NCBI GenBank assembly: GCA_964612085.1
Contig: CAZTCJ010000009.1
Coordinates: 3,730-67,729, forward strand
Direction: 5' to 3'
Source of the DNA: an uncultured Alphaproteobacteria bacterium
Lineage (GTDB): Bacteria; Pseudomonadota; Alphaproteobacteria; JAJFIK01
Length of the DNA: 64,000 nucleotides
Both the position numbers and the translations under genes were made by a program. Shown here one piece after another: positions 46,397 through 54,614 of this stretch (its first letter is position 1; every line of letters begins with the position of its first letter). The notes below the pieces were generated by a model. It saw nothing but the letters and a program-made list of their open reading frames with translations, did not search any database and was not told where the DNA came from.

Positions 46397-47766
46397 CGCA
46401 CACCGAGACGGCGCAGACGGCTCGGCTGATAACGGTCGGCATCGAGTTCATCGGCGAAATAATCGAGCGGCGTCTGCTCGTTGCGCAAGGCGATGGCCAG
46501 GTAGCGCCCGTTCTGCAGGTCATAGACCATTTCCGCGCCGGAACCGCACAGCGGCACATGATAATAATTGACCGTATGCAACTCCTGGACCCGCCACAGC
46601 TCTCCGCGCCCGTCGTAAAGCTCCGCCGCTACAAGCTGCGCCGCATCTTCGTCGAAATATTTCACCCGGCGATGATAGATATGCCGTGTGCTGTCTTTCA
46701 AGGTCGCTTCCACCTGCCAGACCCGGTGCAGCTCATAGCGCACATGGTCCTGGTTCAGATGCGAGGCCTGCAGCAGGTCCTCGATGGGCACCAAGGCGGC
46801 ATCGTAATTGTTATAGGCGATGAATTTCTCGCTCTTGCCCACCAGCCGCCAGTCATAGCGGTCCGGCGCACCGTTGAAGCCGTCGAAGGAATCCGCCGTG
46901 GACAGGGCATCGGTATTCGTCCCCGGATTATCGTAGGCGATGTTCGGCGCCCGGCGCACCCGGCGCGTGCCCGGACTATATTGCCAGGCCGCCCGGTCCT
47001 GGACCGACTGGTTGATGGTCTCGTGCACCAGGATAATATTGCCCGCCGCCCGCGCCGGCGCGATCGTGTTGGAAATAAAATAGATCGAGACATTGTCGAG
47101 CTGATCGACGCTGGAAAAGGCCGGGTTCGACCAGTTGATAATGGCCTCGTCCTGAACGATCTGAAGCGTGTAATCGCCCGAGCGCGTCACCGGCGCGGCG
47201 GCGAATTGCCGGGACAGTTTGAAGCCCCGATAGCGCAGCGTATGGTTCCAGACGAGTTCCAGCCCCTGGGACGGCACGGGAAAGGGCAGACCGTAAGTGG
47301 TGCCCTCCAGGCCATTGCCGTCGGGCACCAGCCGCGTGCCCTGGGCCGTGCGTTCGTTGGCCTCGTAGAACGAGTCCGGAAAGGCGCAGGAGCGCCGCGT
47401 GGGATAGATATCCATGCGGAAGGCCGGATAGGTCTCCAGCATCGCCCGATAGCCGGGCGTGAGCTTGTCCGCATACTGCGCCATGTTCTCGGCGGTGACC
47501 GTGAACAAGGGACGGTCGGCGCTGAACGGATTGGGATGGAGATCCGTTTCCGGATCGAACGCGATCCCTTCAGGAATGCCGGTCAGACCGCCGGTCCAGG
47601 CGGGGATGGTACCCTCGGTATTGCCCGCTTTTTCCGAGCCCATGGGCGTGAGATCCCGGCCCAGCCGCGCCGCGACCTCAGCGGGCACATCGGCGAGGGC
47701 TGCTGTCAGAGACGCGCCAAGCCCGATGGCGGGCACCAGAGCCAGGACGAAAAAGCGCTTCATGGT
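46393..47766 (-). CDS. DUF1329 family (LolA-like fold) periplasmic protein
   Basis: Signal peptide MKRFFVLALVPAIGLGASLTAALA, then LTPMGSEKAGNTEGTIPAWTGGL, the family-typical N-terminal motif as I remember it. Confidence 0.75.
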   Translation of the reverse strand, partial: TMKRFFVLALVPAIGLGASLTAALADVPAEVAARLGRDLTPMGSEKAGNTEGTIPAWTGGLTGIPEGIAFDPETDLHPNPFSADRPLFTVTAENMAQYADKLTPGYRAMLETYPAFRMDIYPTRRSCAFPDSFYEANERTAQGTRLVPDGNGLEGTTYGLPFPVPSQGLELVWNHTLRYRGFKLSRQFAAAPVTRSGDYTLQIVQDEAIINWSNPAFSSVDQLDNVSIYFISNTIAPARAAGNIILVHETINQSVQDRAAWQYSPGTRRVRRAPNIAYDNPGTNTDALSTADSFDGFNGAPDRYDWRLVGKSEKFIAYNNYDAALVPIEDLLQASHLNQDHVRYELHRVWQVEATLKDSTRHIYHRRVKYFDEDAAQLVAAELYDGRGELWRVQELHTVNYYHVPLCGSGAEMVYDLQNGRYLAIALRNEQTPLDYFADELDADRYQPSRLRRLGVR

Positions 47767-47776
47767 GCATCCCCTT

Positions 47777-49855
47777 TTAAAAGGCATAGGACAGGCTGAC
47801 GGAAATGGTGTCCCGGTCGGTGAGCCGGTTACGCTCTGCCGCGCCGAAGAAATTCAGATACTGAACATTGGCTTGCCAGCGGTTCTGATAGTCAGCCGTC
47901 AAACCGACGCCCACCTGCCCTTGCCCTGCGACAAAGCCCGGACCGTACGGCCCCGGGGAGCGGCCACGGACATCCTTGCGCACGGCGACGGAAGGCGACA
48001 GGCTCCAGGCGGTGTTGGCGATATTGTTGTACTGGCTGGCGATGACGAAACGGTAGCCCGCCGAGAACTTACTGGCGCATTTCAGATTGGTCTTGGCGCT
48101 GGTGCCGCTGGCGAGCGTCAGGGCCGTGGCCAGGTTGGGGTGACCGAATTCGCAGCCGGGCGCCGTCACCACGGTTTCGTTCAGGTCCGGAAGATCCGGC
48201 ACCCACATGAACCCGGTATTGAAAATCACCGTGGTCTGGTCCGCGCCCAGCTTCGCCGCCGGGAGATCGGATCCGGCGAAGATCGTGATGGAGGAGAGCT
48301 GACCGGTAATCGAGTCTTCCCGGGTGAACGCCTCGAAGACATCACCCAGGCCGCGATTGGAGGATCCCACCGCGTAAGGCGTGCCCGTGGTCGCCGCGAC
48401 CGCCGCCAGTCCCGCCGGAATGGCCGACGCCCCGCCATAGAACGTATAGGCGTCGAGCAGGAGCGGCGCACGGACCAGTTCGCCCGCCGGAATGGGGCTC
48501 GTGTCGGAATCCAGAATGCGCGCATTGATCTCGCTGTCGGAGAGTTGCAGCGGCAGATCCGGCCAATAGGCGACCTCGCCCGCGAAGGCGGTGCCGAACA
48601 GTTCCGTATTGAAGCTGGCGCCCCAGATCTCGATATCGTCCGGGAAATCGAAACCATAGCGGCCCTGATTGACGCTGACCGCGAACGCCACGGGCGCGAA
48701 GGTCAAGGGATCCCCGACGCAGGATTGCGGACCGCCGTCATAGCCATCGGGGATCGCGCCCAGAAGGCCGAGATTATCGCAGGTGGTCTCGAAATTGTCC
48801 GGCGGCGCCTGGAAGGTCAGATAAGGCAGGGTTGACGAGAAATTGACGTAATAGGCCTGAAGCTCCGTTCCCTGATTGAGCCAGTCGGCATAATAGCTGA
48901 GCCCCACGCCCCAGGCGCCGTCATCCTGGCCCAGATCGGAGAACCGTTTCTGCACGATGGGCGCGATGTCCCGGTCGTCCGGGCGGCCCAGAATCACGAA
49001 GGAGCCGCCAGCGCCCGCGAAATCGGCGACGGAATAGAACGAGCGCGCCTGATCGATTTCGGTCTCCACATGCTCCCACTGGTAAAAACCCTGAACGTCG
49101 AGGCCCGGCACGATGCCCACCTGGGCATAGACCGCGGGCACCGGCAGCAGGCCCTCGCGCACTTCCGCGCCCGGCGCCCGCAGGCGCGAGACTTCGACCG
49201 GCAGATAGGAATTGATGCCGCCCTGAATCAGCAGGCTCTCGCCCCAGTTCACGGCCTGATTGCCGACCCGCAGGGTGACGGGAATATCGGCCACATCGAA
49301 ATTGGCGGTCACGAAGGCATCGAGCACCAGGAATTCGTTCGCCAGATCGTCCTGGGCCTCGCCCGCCAGATCCTTGAACGCCAGATTGTTGCGGTCGTAC
49401 ACCGTGTCGTGGAAGCTCAAAGTGCGGACGAACAGGCTGAAATTCCGCCACACCGCCTCGATATCGGTGGTGGCCTTGAACCGCGAGTTCACCAGATTGC
49501 CGGAGTCGAAATTGAGCGCGCCGTCGTCCTGGTTAATGCTGCGAGTGATCGTCCGCAGGCCCCCGGCCGGGATCGGATCGCCGATCGCATTAACGCCGCC
49601 GCCGGCGATCGGTATGCCGAAATCGGGCAGCCGACGCCCGAAATAACAGCCGCCATTGGCCGGATTGACGTTGGTGCAATCGGTTTCCTGGATGCTGAAA
49701 GACGAGCCGTAGGACAAGGTCGTATCGACCGACAGGCGAACCTCGCCGATTTCGAAATCACGGGCCTGGACACCGGGCGCGGCCAGAACGAGGACCGCAC
49801 ACGCCAGGACCGGACCGCCGATCAGCGCTCCCCGGCAAACGGGCTGAGACGACAT
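47777..49855 (-). CDS. DUF1302 family outer-membrane beta-barrel protein
   Basis: Signal peptide, alternating beta-strand pattern, C-terminal ...VSLSYAF (terminal Phe). Start chosen at MSSQPV (49855), with GGAGGG 7 nt upstream. Confidence 0.75.
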   Translation of the reverse strand: MSSQPVCRGALIGGPVLACAVLVLAAPGVQARDFEIGEVRLSVDTTLSYGSSFSIQETDCTNVNPANGGCYFGRRLPDFGIPIAGGGVNAIGDPIPAGGLRTITRSINQDDGALNFDSGNLVNSRFKATTDIEAVWRNFSLFVRTLSFHDTVYDRNNLAFKDLAGEAQDDLANEFLVLDAFVTANFDVADIPVTLRVGNQAVNWGESLLIQGGINSYLPVEVSRLRAPGAEVREGLLPVPAVYAQVGIVPGLDVQGFYQWEHVETEIDQARSFYSVADFAGAGGSFVILGRPDDRDIAPIVQKRFSDLGQDDGAWGVGLSYYADWLNQGTELQAYYVNFSSTLPYLTFQAPPDNFETTCDNLGLLGAIPDGYDGGPQSCVGDPLTFAPVAFAVSVNQGRYGFDFPDDIEIWGASFNTELFGTAFAGEVAYWPDLPLQLSDSEINARILDSDTSPIPAGELVRAPLLLDAYTFYGGASAIPAGLAAVAATTGTPYAVGSSNRGLGDVFEAFTREDSITGQLSSITIFAGSDLPAAKLGADQTTVIFNTGFMWVPDLPDLNETVVTAPGCEFGHPNLATALTLASGTSAKTNLKCASKFSAGYRFVIASQYNNIANTAWSLSPSVAVRKDVRGRSPGPYGPGFVAGQGQVGVGLTADYQNRWQANVQYLNFFGAAERNRLTDRDTISVSLSYAF

Positions 49856-49970
49856 GCGGATACCCTCCTGAACCGTTGCGACGCACGGGACGCGCTGCGC
49901 CCCGACCCCGCACATCACACGCTCAGGGTGTTGAGGATTTGTTATCGTCGGCACAAAGATCGAATTTTAG

Positions 49971-50015
49971 GCAAAAACAATCCCGCTCCGGAGGGATCTC
50001 AACGGAGCGGGATTG
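49971..50015 (-). terminator. intrinsic terminator / attenuator in the leader of the DUF1302 operon
   Basis: Perfect 13-bp stem CAAUCCCGCUCCG/CGGAGCGGGAUUG with a 12-nt loop, followed on the minus strand by UUUUUGCC. It lies 116 nt upstream of the ATG at 49855. Confidence 0.65.
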
Positions 50016-50614
50016 CTGGAAAGGGGTGCCCGGGCGCGTCATGGCGGAGGCAGCGCCCGGGCGAGAGGGGGGCCCGGGGAGGTGATCAGGGGTGTGTCAC
50101 CTGCCCCGGGCGTATGTGCGATATTGGGTGGTCTCTGCTTGCCGCCGGGTTGAGAACGGCAAATGGCCGGTTGGGGGGATTTGGCGTGGGGTGGCCGATT
50201 GAGACCTATCGCACATTCATGATCGGCTTCAGAAACGATTGAGTAAGGTAAAACCTGCTCTTTGTTCTAAGCCGAAATTTCTAACCCTCCGCTTTTATTT
50301 CACGGTCTGCTAAGAGGTCTTCTCGAACCTCAATCAAGCGATACTCGTTACACATACAAACTTAAAAAAACTTAACCAATTGTCAATGCGGAAAACTGTT
50401 TTACTTAAAAACTTTTTGCCGAAGATTATTTTTAAGGACCTGCCTACCTTTAAGACAAAGAAGATTAATCAAGCGTTACAGAACTCAAGGAGAACTACCT
50501 GCGGCTTCAGGAAGGAACCTCTTTTAACCTCTCTGCGAAAGGTGTCAAACACAGATTTCCTGCCGAAATCGCCAGATTTCCCAATCCACAACCACCAAGA
50601 AAACAACTCATAAG

Positions 50615-50623
50615 TTATCCACA
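50615..50623 (+). promoter_or_regulatory. perfect DnaA box TTATCCACA
   Basis: Exact 9/9 match to the consensus, inside an AT-rich intergenic region. Confidence 0.6.
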
Positions 50624-50667
50624 GAGCGCACCGCAGAATCGCATTGGATTCAGAAAAACAAAAAACT

Positions 50668-50676
50668 TGTGGATAA
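50668..50676 (-). promoter_or_regulatory. perfect DnaA box (TGTGGATAA on the plus strand)
   Basis: Exact 9/9 reverse-complement match, 44 bp from the first box and in inverted orientation. Confidence 0.6.
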
Positions 50677-50918
50677 CATCCTCCCCAAGCGACGGATACT
50701 TGGCTGGAGAGGCCTAAACCGTTGCGACGCGTGAATGATTAGGTGATTCGCGCAGGCAGTGTCGATCTTTTTTCCGCGAAAAGGTCAGCCCGTCGAGGCC
50801 GGATCGTCCCGGCCCGGCACATTCATTACAGCGTGAGAGGCCTCACACTACAGAGGGAGCGGACAGCCGCCCGCCCCCCTTAGGGTCAGGACCCTAGCTC
50901 AGATCGTCCGGCGAACCC

Positions 50919-51419
50919 TTATTGATCGTCTTTCGGACCGCCCCTGCGGGGGCCGTGGCGCCGGTGGAACCGGCCGCGCAGCGCCTGCACTTCCTCGCGC
51001 GTGATCGCGCCGTCGCCATCCGCATCGACGCGGGCGAATAGACGCTCCGTACGCGCATTCATTTCCTCGGCTGTCAAGAGGCCGCTGCCATCTTCATCGA
51101 GATCCTGGAAGGCATCGACCATGCGCCGGCGCTGCATCTCGATCCACATGCCCTCGAACTCATCGAGGCTCAAGGCGCCGTCCCGGTCGCCGTCATGGGT
51201 GCGCAGGCTTTCCGCGCGCTTACTGTCCACCTCAGTGCGCGAAACCGATTCGTCCTGATCCGTATCGAACCGTTCGAACAGTCCCCGGATCATTTTACCG
51301 GGATGGCCGCCTTGGGGGCCCCGGGCTTCCGCCATGGCGACAACGCCGATGGCGGCCAGGGTACCGCCCGTCAGCACAGCGATCAGGGTCATGTGTTTCT
51401 TGCCAGTCGTGCGTGTCAT
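50919..51419 (-). CDS. exported EF-hand calcium-binding protein
   Basis: Signal/anchor segment, then four EF-hand loops: DTDQDESVSRTE, DGDRDGALSLDE, DEDGSGLLTAEE, DADGDGAITREE. Confidence 0.8.
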   Translation of the reverse strand: MTRTTGKKHMTLIAVLTGGTLAAIGVVAMAEARGPQGGHPGKMIRGLFERFDTDQDESVSRTEVDSKRAESLRTHDGDRDGALSLDEFEGMWIEMQRRRMVDAFQDLDEDGSGLLTAEEMNARTERLFARVDADGDGAITREEVQALRGRFHRRHGPRRGGPKDDQ

Positions 51420-51610
51420 AATCGTTCCGTCTCCTCATGTTTCGGATCGCCGGTCCTGGGATCCGTCCGGGTGACAGAAAACACCGCATCTGTCGCGGGA
51501 CCGTCCCGCGAGAGGGAAAAAATGTCTCAAAGCCACCGCAGCCGGAGGCGTGACATGCTTTGTTACAGATTGCCCCAGAGCCGCCCGGAGCGGTGTGCTA
51601 GATAGGTTTC

Positions 51611-52330
51611 ATGAGCGAACCGGCACACATTCTCGTGGTGGACGATCACCGGGATATCCGCGACAGCCTGGCGCGTCTGCTGCGCGAGGCGGCTTATCGC
51701 GTGTCCGTGGCCGAAAACGCGTCCGCCGCCCGGCGCATCCTGAAGACCCATCGGATCGATTTGGCTTTGCTCGACATCATGATGCCCGGCGAGGACGGAC
51801 TGTCCCTGTGCCGGTCGATCGCGGAAGGTGCCGCCATTCCCATCATCCTGCTGACCGCCCGCACGGAGGACACCGACCGGATCGTCGGCCTGGAGATGGG
51901 GGCGGACGATTACGTCACTAAACCGTTCAATCCGCGCGAACTGCTCGCCCGCGTCAAGGCCGTCCTGAGGCGGACCAACAGCCTGCCGCCCCATCAGCGC
52001 CCGCCGGACCGGGAGCGGATCCAGTTCGACGGTTGGACGCTCAACGTGCCGGAACGCGCCCTGGTGGGACAGGACGGTATCGCCCGGCCCTTGAGCACAG
52101 GCGAATTCCGCCTGCTGATGGCCTTCCTGACCCATCCGCGCATGGTCCTGAGCCGCGACCAGTTGCTTGACCTGACCCAGGGGCGCGATGCCACGGCCTT
52201 CGACCGCAGCATCGACAATCAGGTCTCCCGGCTGCGCCGCAAGATCGAACCGGACCCGAAAACGCCGCGTCTGATCAAGACCGTCTGGGGCGGCGGCTAC
52301 AGTTTTTCCGCCGATGTGAAGCAGCCATGA
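51611..52330 (+). CDS. OmpR-family response regulator
   Basis: Receiver domain (ILVVDDH...LDIMMPGEDG), winged-helix output (LSTGEFRLLMAFL...VWGGGY). Confidence 0.9.
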   Translation: MSEPAHILVVDDHRDIRDSLARLLREAAYRVSVAENASAARRILKTHRIDLALLDIMMPGEDGLSLCRSIAEGAAIPIILLTARTEDTDRIVGLEMGADDYVTKPFNPRELLARVKAVLRRTNSLPPHQRPPDRERIQFDGWTLNVPERALVGQDGIARPLSTGEFRLLMAFLTHPRMVLSRDQLLDLTQGRDATAFDRSIDNQVSRLRRKIEPDPKTPRLIKTVWGGGYSFSADVKQP

Positions 52331-53733
52331 TCGCCCGCGCCTTGAAAGCCTTGATCCCGAAAAGCTTTACCGGCCAGCTCGTGCTCTTGATCGTGGCCAG
52401 CCTGATCCTGACCCAGGCGATCCTGGTTCTGATGTTCGCGCTGGAGCGCCGCCATACGGTGGAGGCCTGGATCCGCACGGAAATCACCAACCGGATCGCC
52501 GACACGGCCGAGCGACTCCACACAGAGGATCCGGAACGCCACGAGCTGGTCCTGCGCGCCTTGTCGAGCCGGCGGCTCCAGTTCCGTCTGGGCCCGCCTC
52601 GTTTCGAAGTGCCGGCCGGGCAAAACCCGGTGCTCCAGAAGAACACTCTGGTCGAAGCGCTGGAAGCCCGGGGATTGACGCCGGTCAGCGTCGAGACCGG
52701 GCGCTCACTGCGCCGCCCGCACAGGCGGGATGGCCGTCCGCCGCCGGACAAAGACGGCATGCCCGGCCCGCACCGGGGGCCCATGCACGCTTTCGCCACC
52801 ATCGATCTGGGCGGCGGCCTCGTCTTCACGGCCCATTGGCGCCATTGGGTGGGCATCCCGCCCTGGAACCGGGGGGTCCTGACAACGACCCTGGTTTCCG
52901 TGCTGGTGTTAATCGGCGTCGTGGTGCTGGCCGCGCGGCGCATCAGCGAGCCGTTGCGGGACCTGACCCAATCGGCGGACCGCGCCGGTGCGACCGGGCT
53001 TCTGGGCCGTGTGCAGACGCCGCCCGTGCCTGAGCGCGGCCCCGACGACATGCGCCGCACCATCAGGGCCTATAACCGCATGGGAGAACGGCTGAGCAAT
53101 CTGCTCGATCACCAGCGGCGCATGCTGGCGGCGGTCGGGCACGATCTGCGCACGCCCATCACGGCCCTGCGGCTGCGCGCTGAATTCGTCACTGACGAGG
53201 ACAACCGCACCAAGATGATCCGCATACTGGACGAAATGCAGAGCATGACTGACGGCATCCTGTCCCTGGTGCGCGAAGACATCGAGGAAGAAGCGCCCGT
53301 GCCCACCGATCTTGCCGATCTGGTGGACAGCATCGTGGGAGACTTCCAGGATCTGGGCTCAGATGTGCGGATTACCATATCCGAGCCGGCGGTGGCGGTC
53401 TGCCGCCCCGTGGCTTTGGCGCGGGCCTTGCGCAATCTCATCGAAAATGCCGTGCGTTATGGCGAGCGCGCCCGCGTGCGGCTCAGCGCGGACGAGCGAA
53501 CCGCCACGATCCTGATCGATGACGATGGGCCGGGCCTGTCGCGGGAGGACCTGGAGACCGTCTTTGAGCCCTTCGCCCGGCTCGAGACCTCGCGCAGCCG
53601 GGAGACCGGCGGCCTCGGCCTCGGCCTCACAATAGCCCGAAGCCTGATCGATCTTCACGATGGTTCGCTTATTTTGGAAACCCGGCCCGAAGGCGGTTTG
53701 CGGGCCGCCGTCACTTTGCCCTTGAAACGATGA
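52327..53733 (+). CDS. sensor histidine kinase (2 TM, HAMP, HisKA, HATPase_c)
   Basis: H box AAVGHDLRTPIT, N box NLIENAVRYG, G1 DDDGPG, G2 GGLGLGL. ATGA overlap with the regulator gene. Confidence 0.9.
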   Translation: MIARALKALIPKSFTGQLVLLIVASLILTQAILVLMFALERRHTVEAWIRTEITNRIADTAERLHTEDPERHELVLRALSSRRLQFRLGPPRFEVPAGQNPVLQKNTLVEALEARGLTPVSVETGRSLRRPHRRDGRPPPDKDGMPGPHRGPMHAFATIDLGGGLVFTAHWRHWVGIPPWNRGVLTTTLVSVLVLIGVVVLAARRISEPLRDLTQSADRAGATGLLGRVQTPPVPERGPDDMRRTIRAYNRMGERLSNLLDHQRRMLAAVGHDLRTPITALRLRAEFVTDEDNRTKMIRILDEMQSMTDGILSLVREDIEEEAPVPTDLADLVDSIVGDFQDLGSDVRITISEPAVAVCRPVALARALRNLIENAVRYGERARVRLSADERTATILIDDDGPGLSREDLETVFEPFARLETSRSRETGGLGLGLTIARSLIDLHDGSLILETRPEGGLRAAVTLPLKR

Positions 53734-54515
53734 CCGGCGCCATGATCCGTCTCCTGGTGATATTGACCGTGCTTCTCGGCCTCGCCACCCCGGCGGCGAG
53801 CGAGACCAGCATCCGGCTGGCCCAAGGGGCGCGGGGCGAGACGGCGGTCGGCCGCATCATCACGCCGAAAGGCCCGATCTGCACCGGCGTCCTGATCGGG
53901 CCGTATACGGTGCTGACCGCGGCCCATTGCCTGACCACCCGCGCGGGCGACGGCTATTTCTCCCCCGGCCTCATTCATTTCGCGCTTTATCCGCCCCAGG
54001 GCGGGCAGCTTTACGCCAAAAGCGCCGAGACCCACATCAATCCGGCCTACACGCTGCCGGTCGGGACGCATCCGGATCAATTGCGCCAGGACTGGGCCGT
54101 GCTGGTTCTGGAAGATCCCCTGGGCGAGACCGTGCGGCCCGCGACGCTTCTGACCGCCGCGCAGTTCGGCCAGGCGGAAGGCTGGCCGCTCAAGGTCGTG
54201 GCCTATGGCATGGCGCGCACCCTGCGGCCCACCGTTCATGCCCAGACCTGCAGGCTCCTGGAGCGGGACAGCGATTTGATCCGCCATTCCTGCCGGGTCC
54301 AGCCCGGCAGTTCCGGATCGGTGCTGCTCGCCACCCACCAAGGGGAAACCTTCGCCGCCGCCGTCAATGTGGCGGCCCGGCTGACCGGCGCGGGCCAGAC
54401 CTCGGCGGCCCTGTTGCCCGACTCCGTGGCCGAGCTGAGCGCGCTTAAGCCCCAAAGCCCGGACCGCTTCGTCAGCCCGTTCGAGCGCTCGGGCTCTGCC
54501 TCCTGGAACCGGTAA
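53730..54515 (+). CDS. secreted trypsin-like (S1) serine protease
   Basis: Signal peptide. Catalytic triad contexts LTAAHC, DWAVLVL, GSSGS. ATGA overlap with the kinase gene. Confidence 0.75.
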   Translation: MTGAMIRLLVILTVLLGLATPAASETSIRLAQGARGETAVGRIITPKGPICTGVLIGPYTVLTAAHCLTTRAGDGYFSPGLIHFALYPPQGGQLYAKSAETHINPAYTLPVGTHPDQLRQDWAVLVLEDPLGETVRPATLLTAAQFGQAEGWPLKVVAYGMARTLRPTVHAQTCRLLERDSDLIRHSCRVQPGSSGSVLLATHQGETFAAAVNVAARLTGAGQTSAALLPDSVAELSALKPQSPDRFVSPFERSGSASWNR

Positions 54516-54614
54516 TCCTTCCCGCCAGCCCTTGCGGTGCGCCGCGCAATCAGTAGCCTACAGTCGCAGCAGGCAGAAAGGCCGTCTGGGCCGGGGCAGC
54601 AAGAGGGACTGACG

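Noticed and set aside
50362-50479. CtrA-type TTAA-N7-TTAA sites that would support an alphaproteobacterial origin.
   Set aside because: The best candidates are TTAA-N6-TTAA (50362-50375, wrong spacing) and TTAA-N7-TTAC (50465-50479, one half-site mismatch). Neither is convincing.
50380-50613. A 77-aa Lys-rich ORF inside the AT-rich intergenic region.
   Set aside because: It has a TTG start with no Shine-Dalgarno sequence, low-complexity basic composition as expected from translating AT-rich DNA, and ends at the DnaA box. It is probably not a gene.
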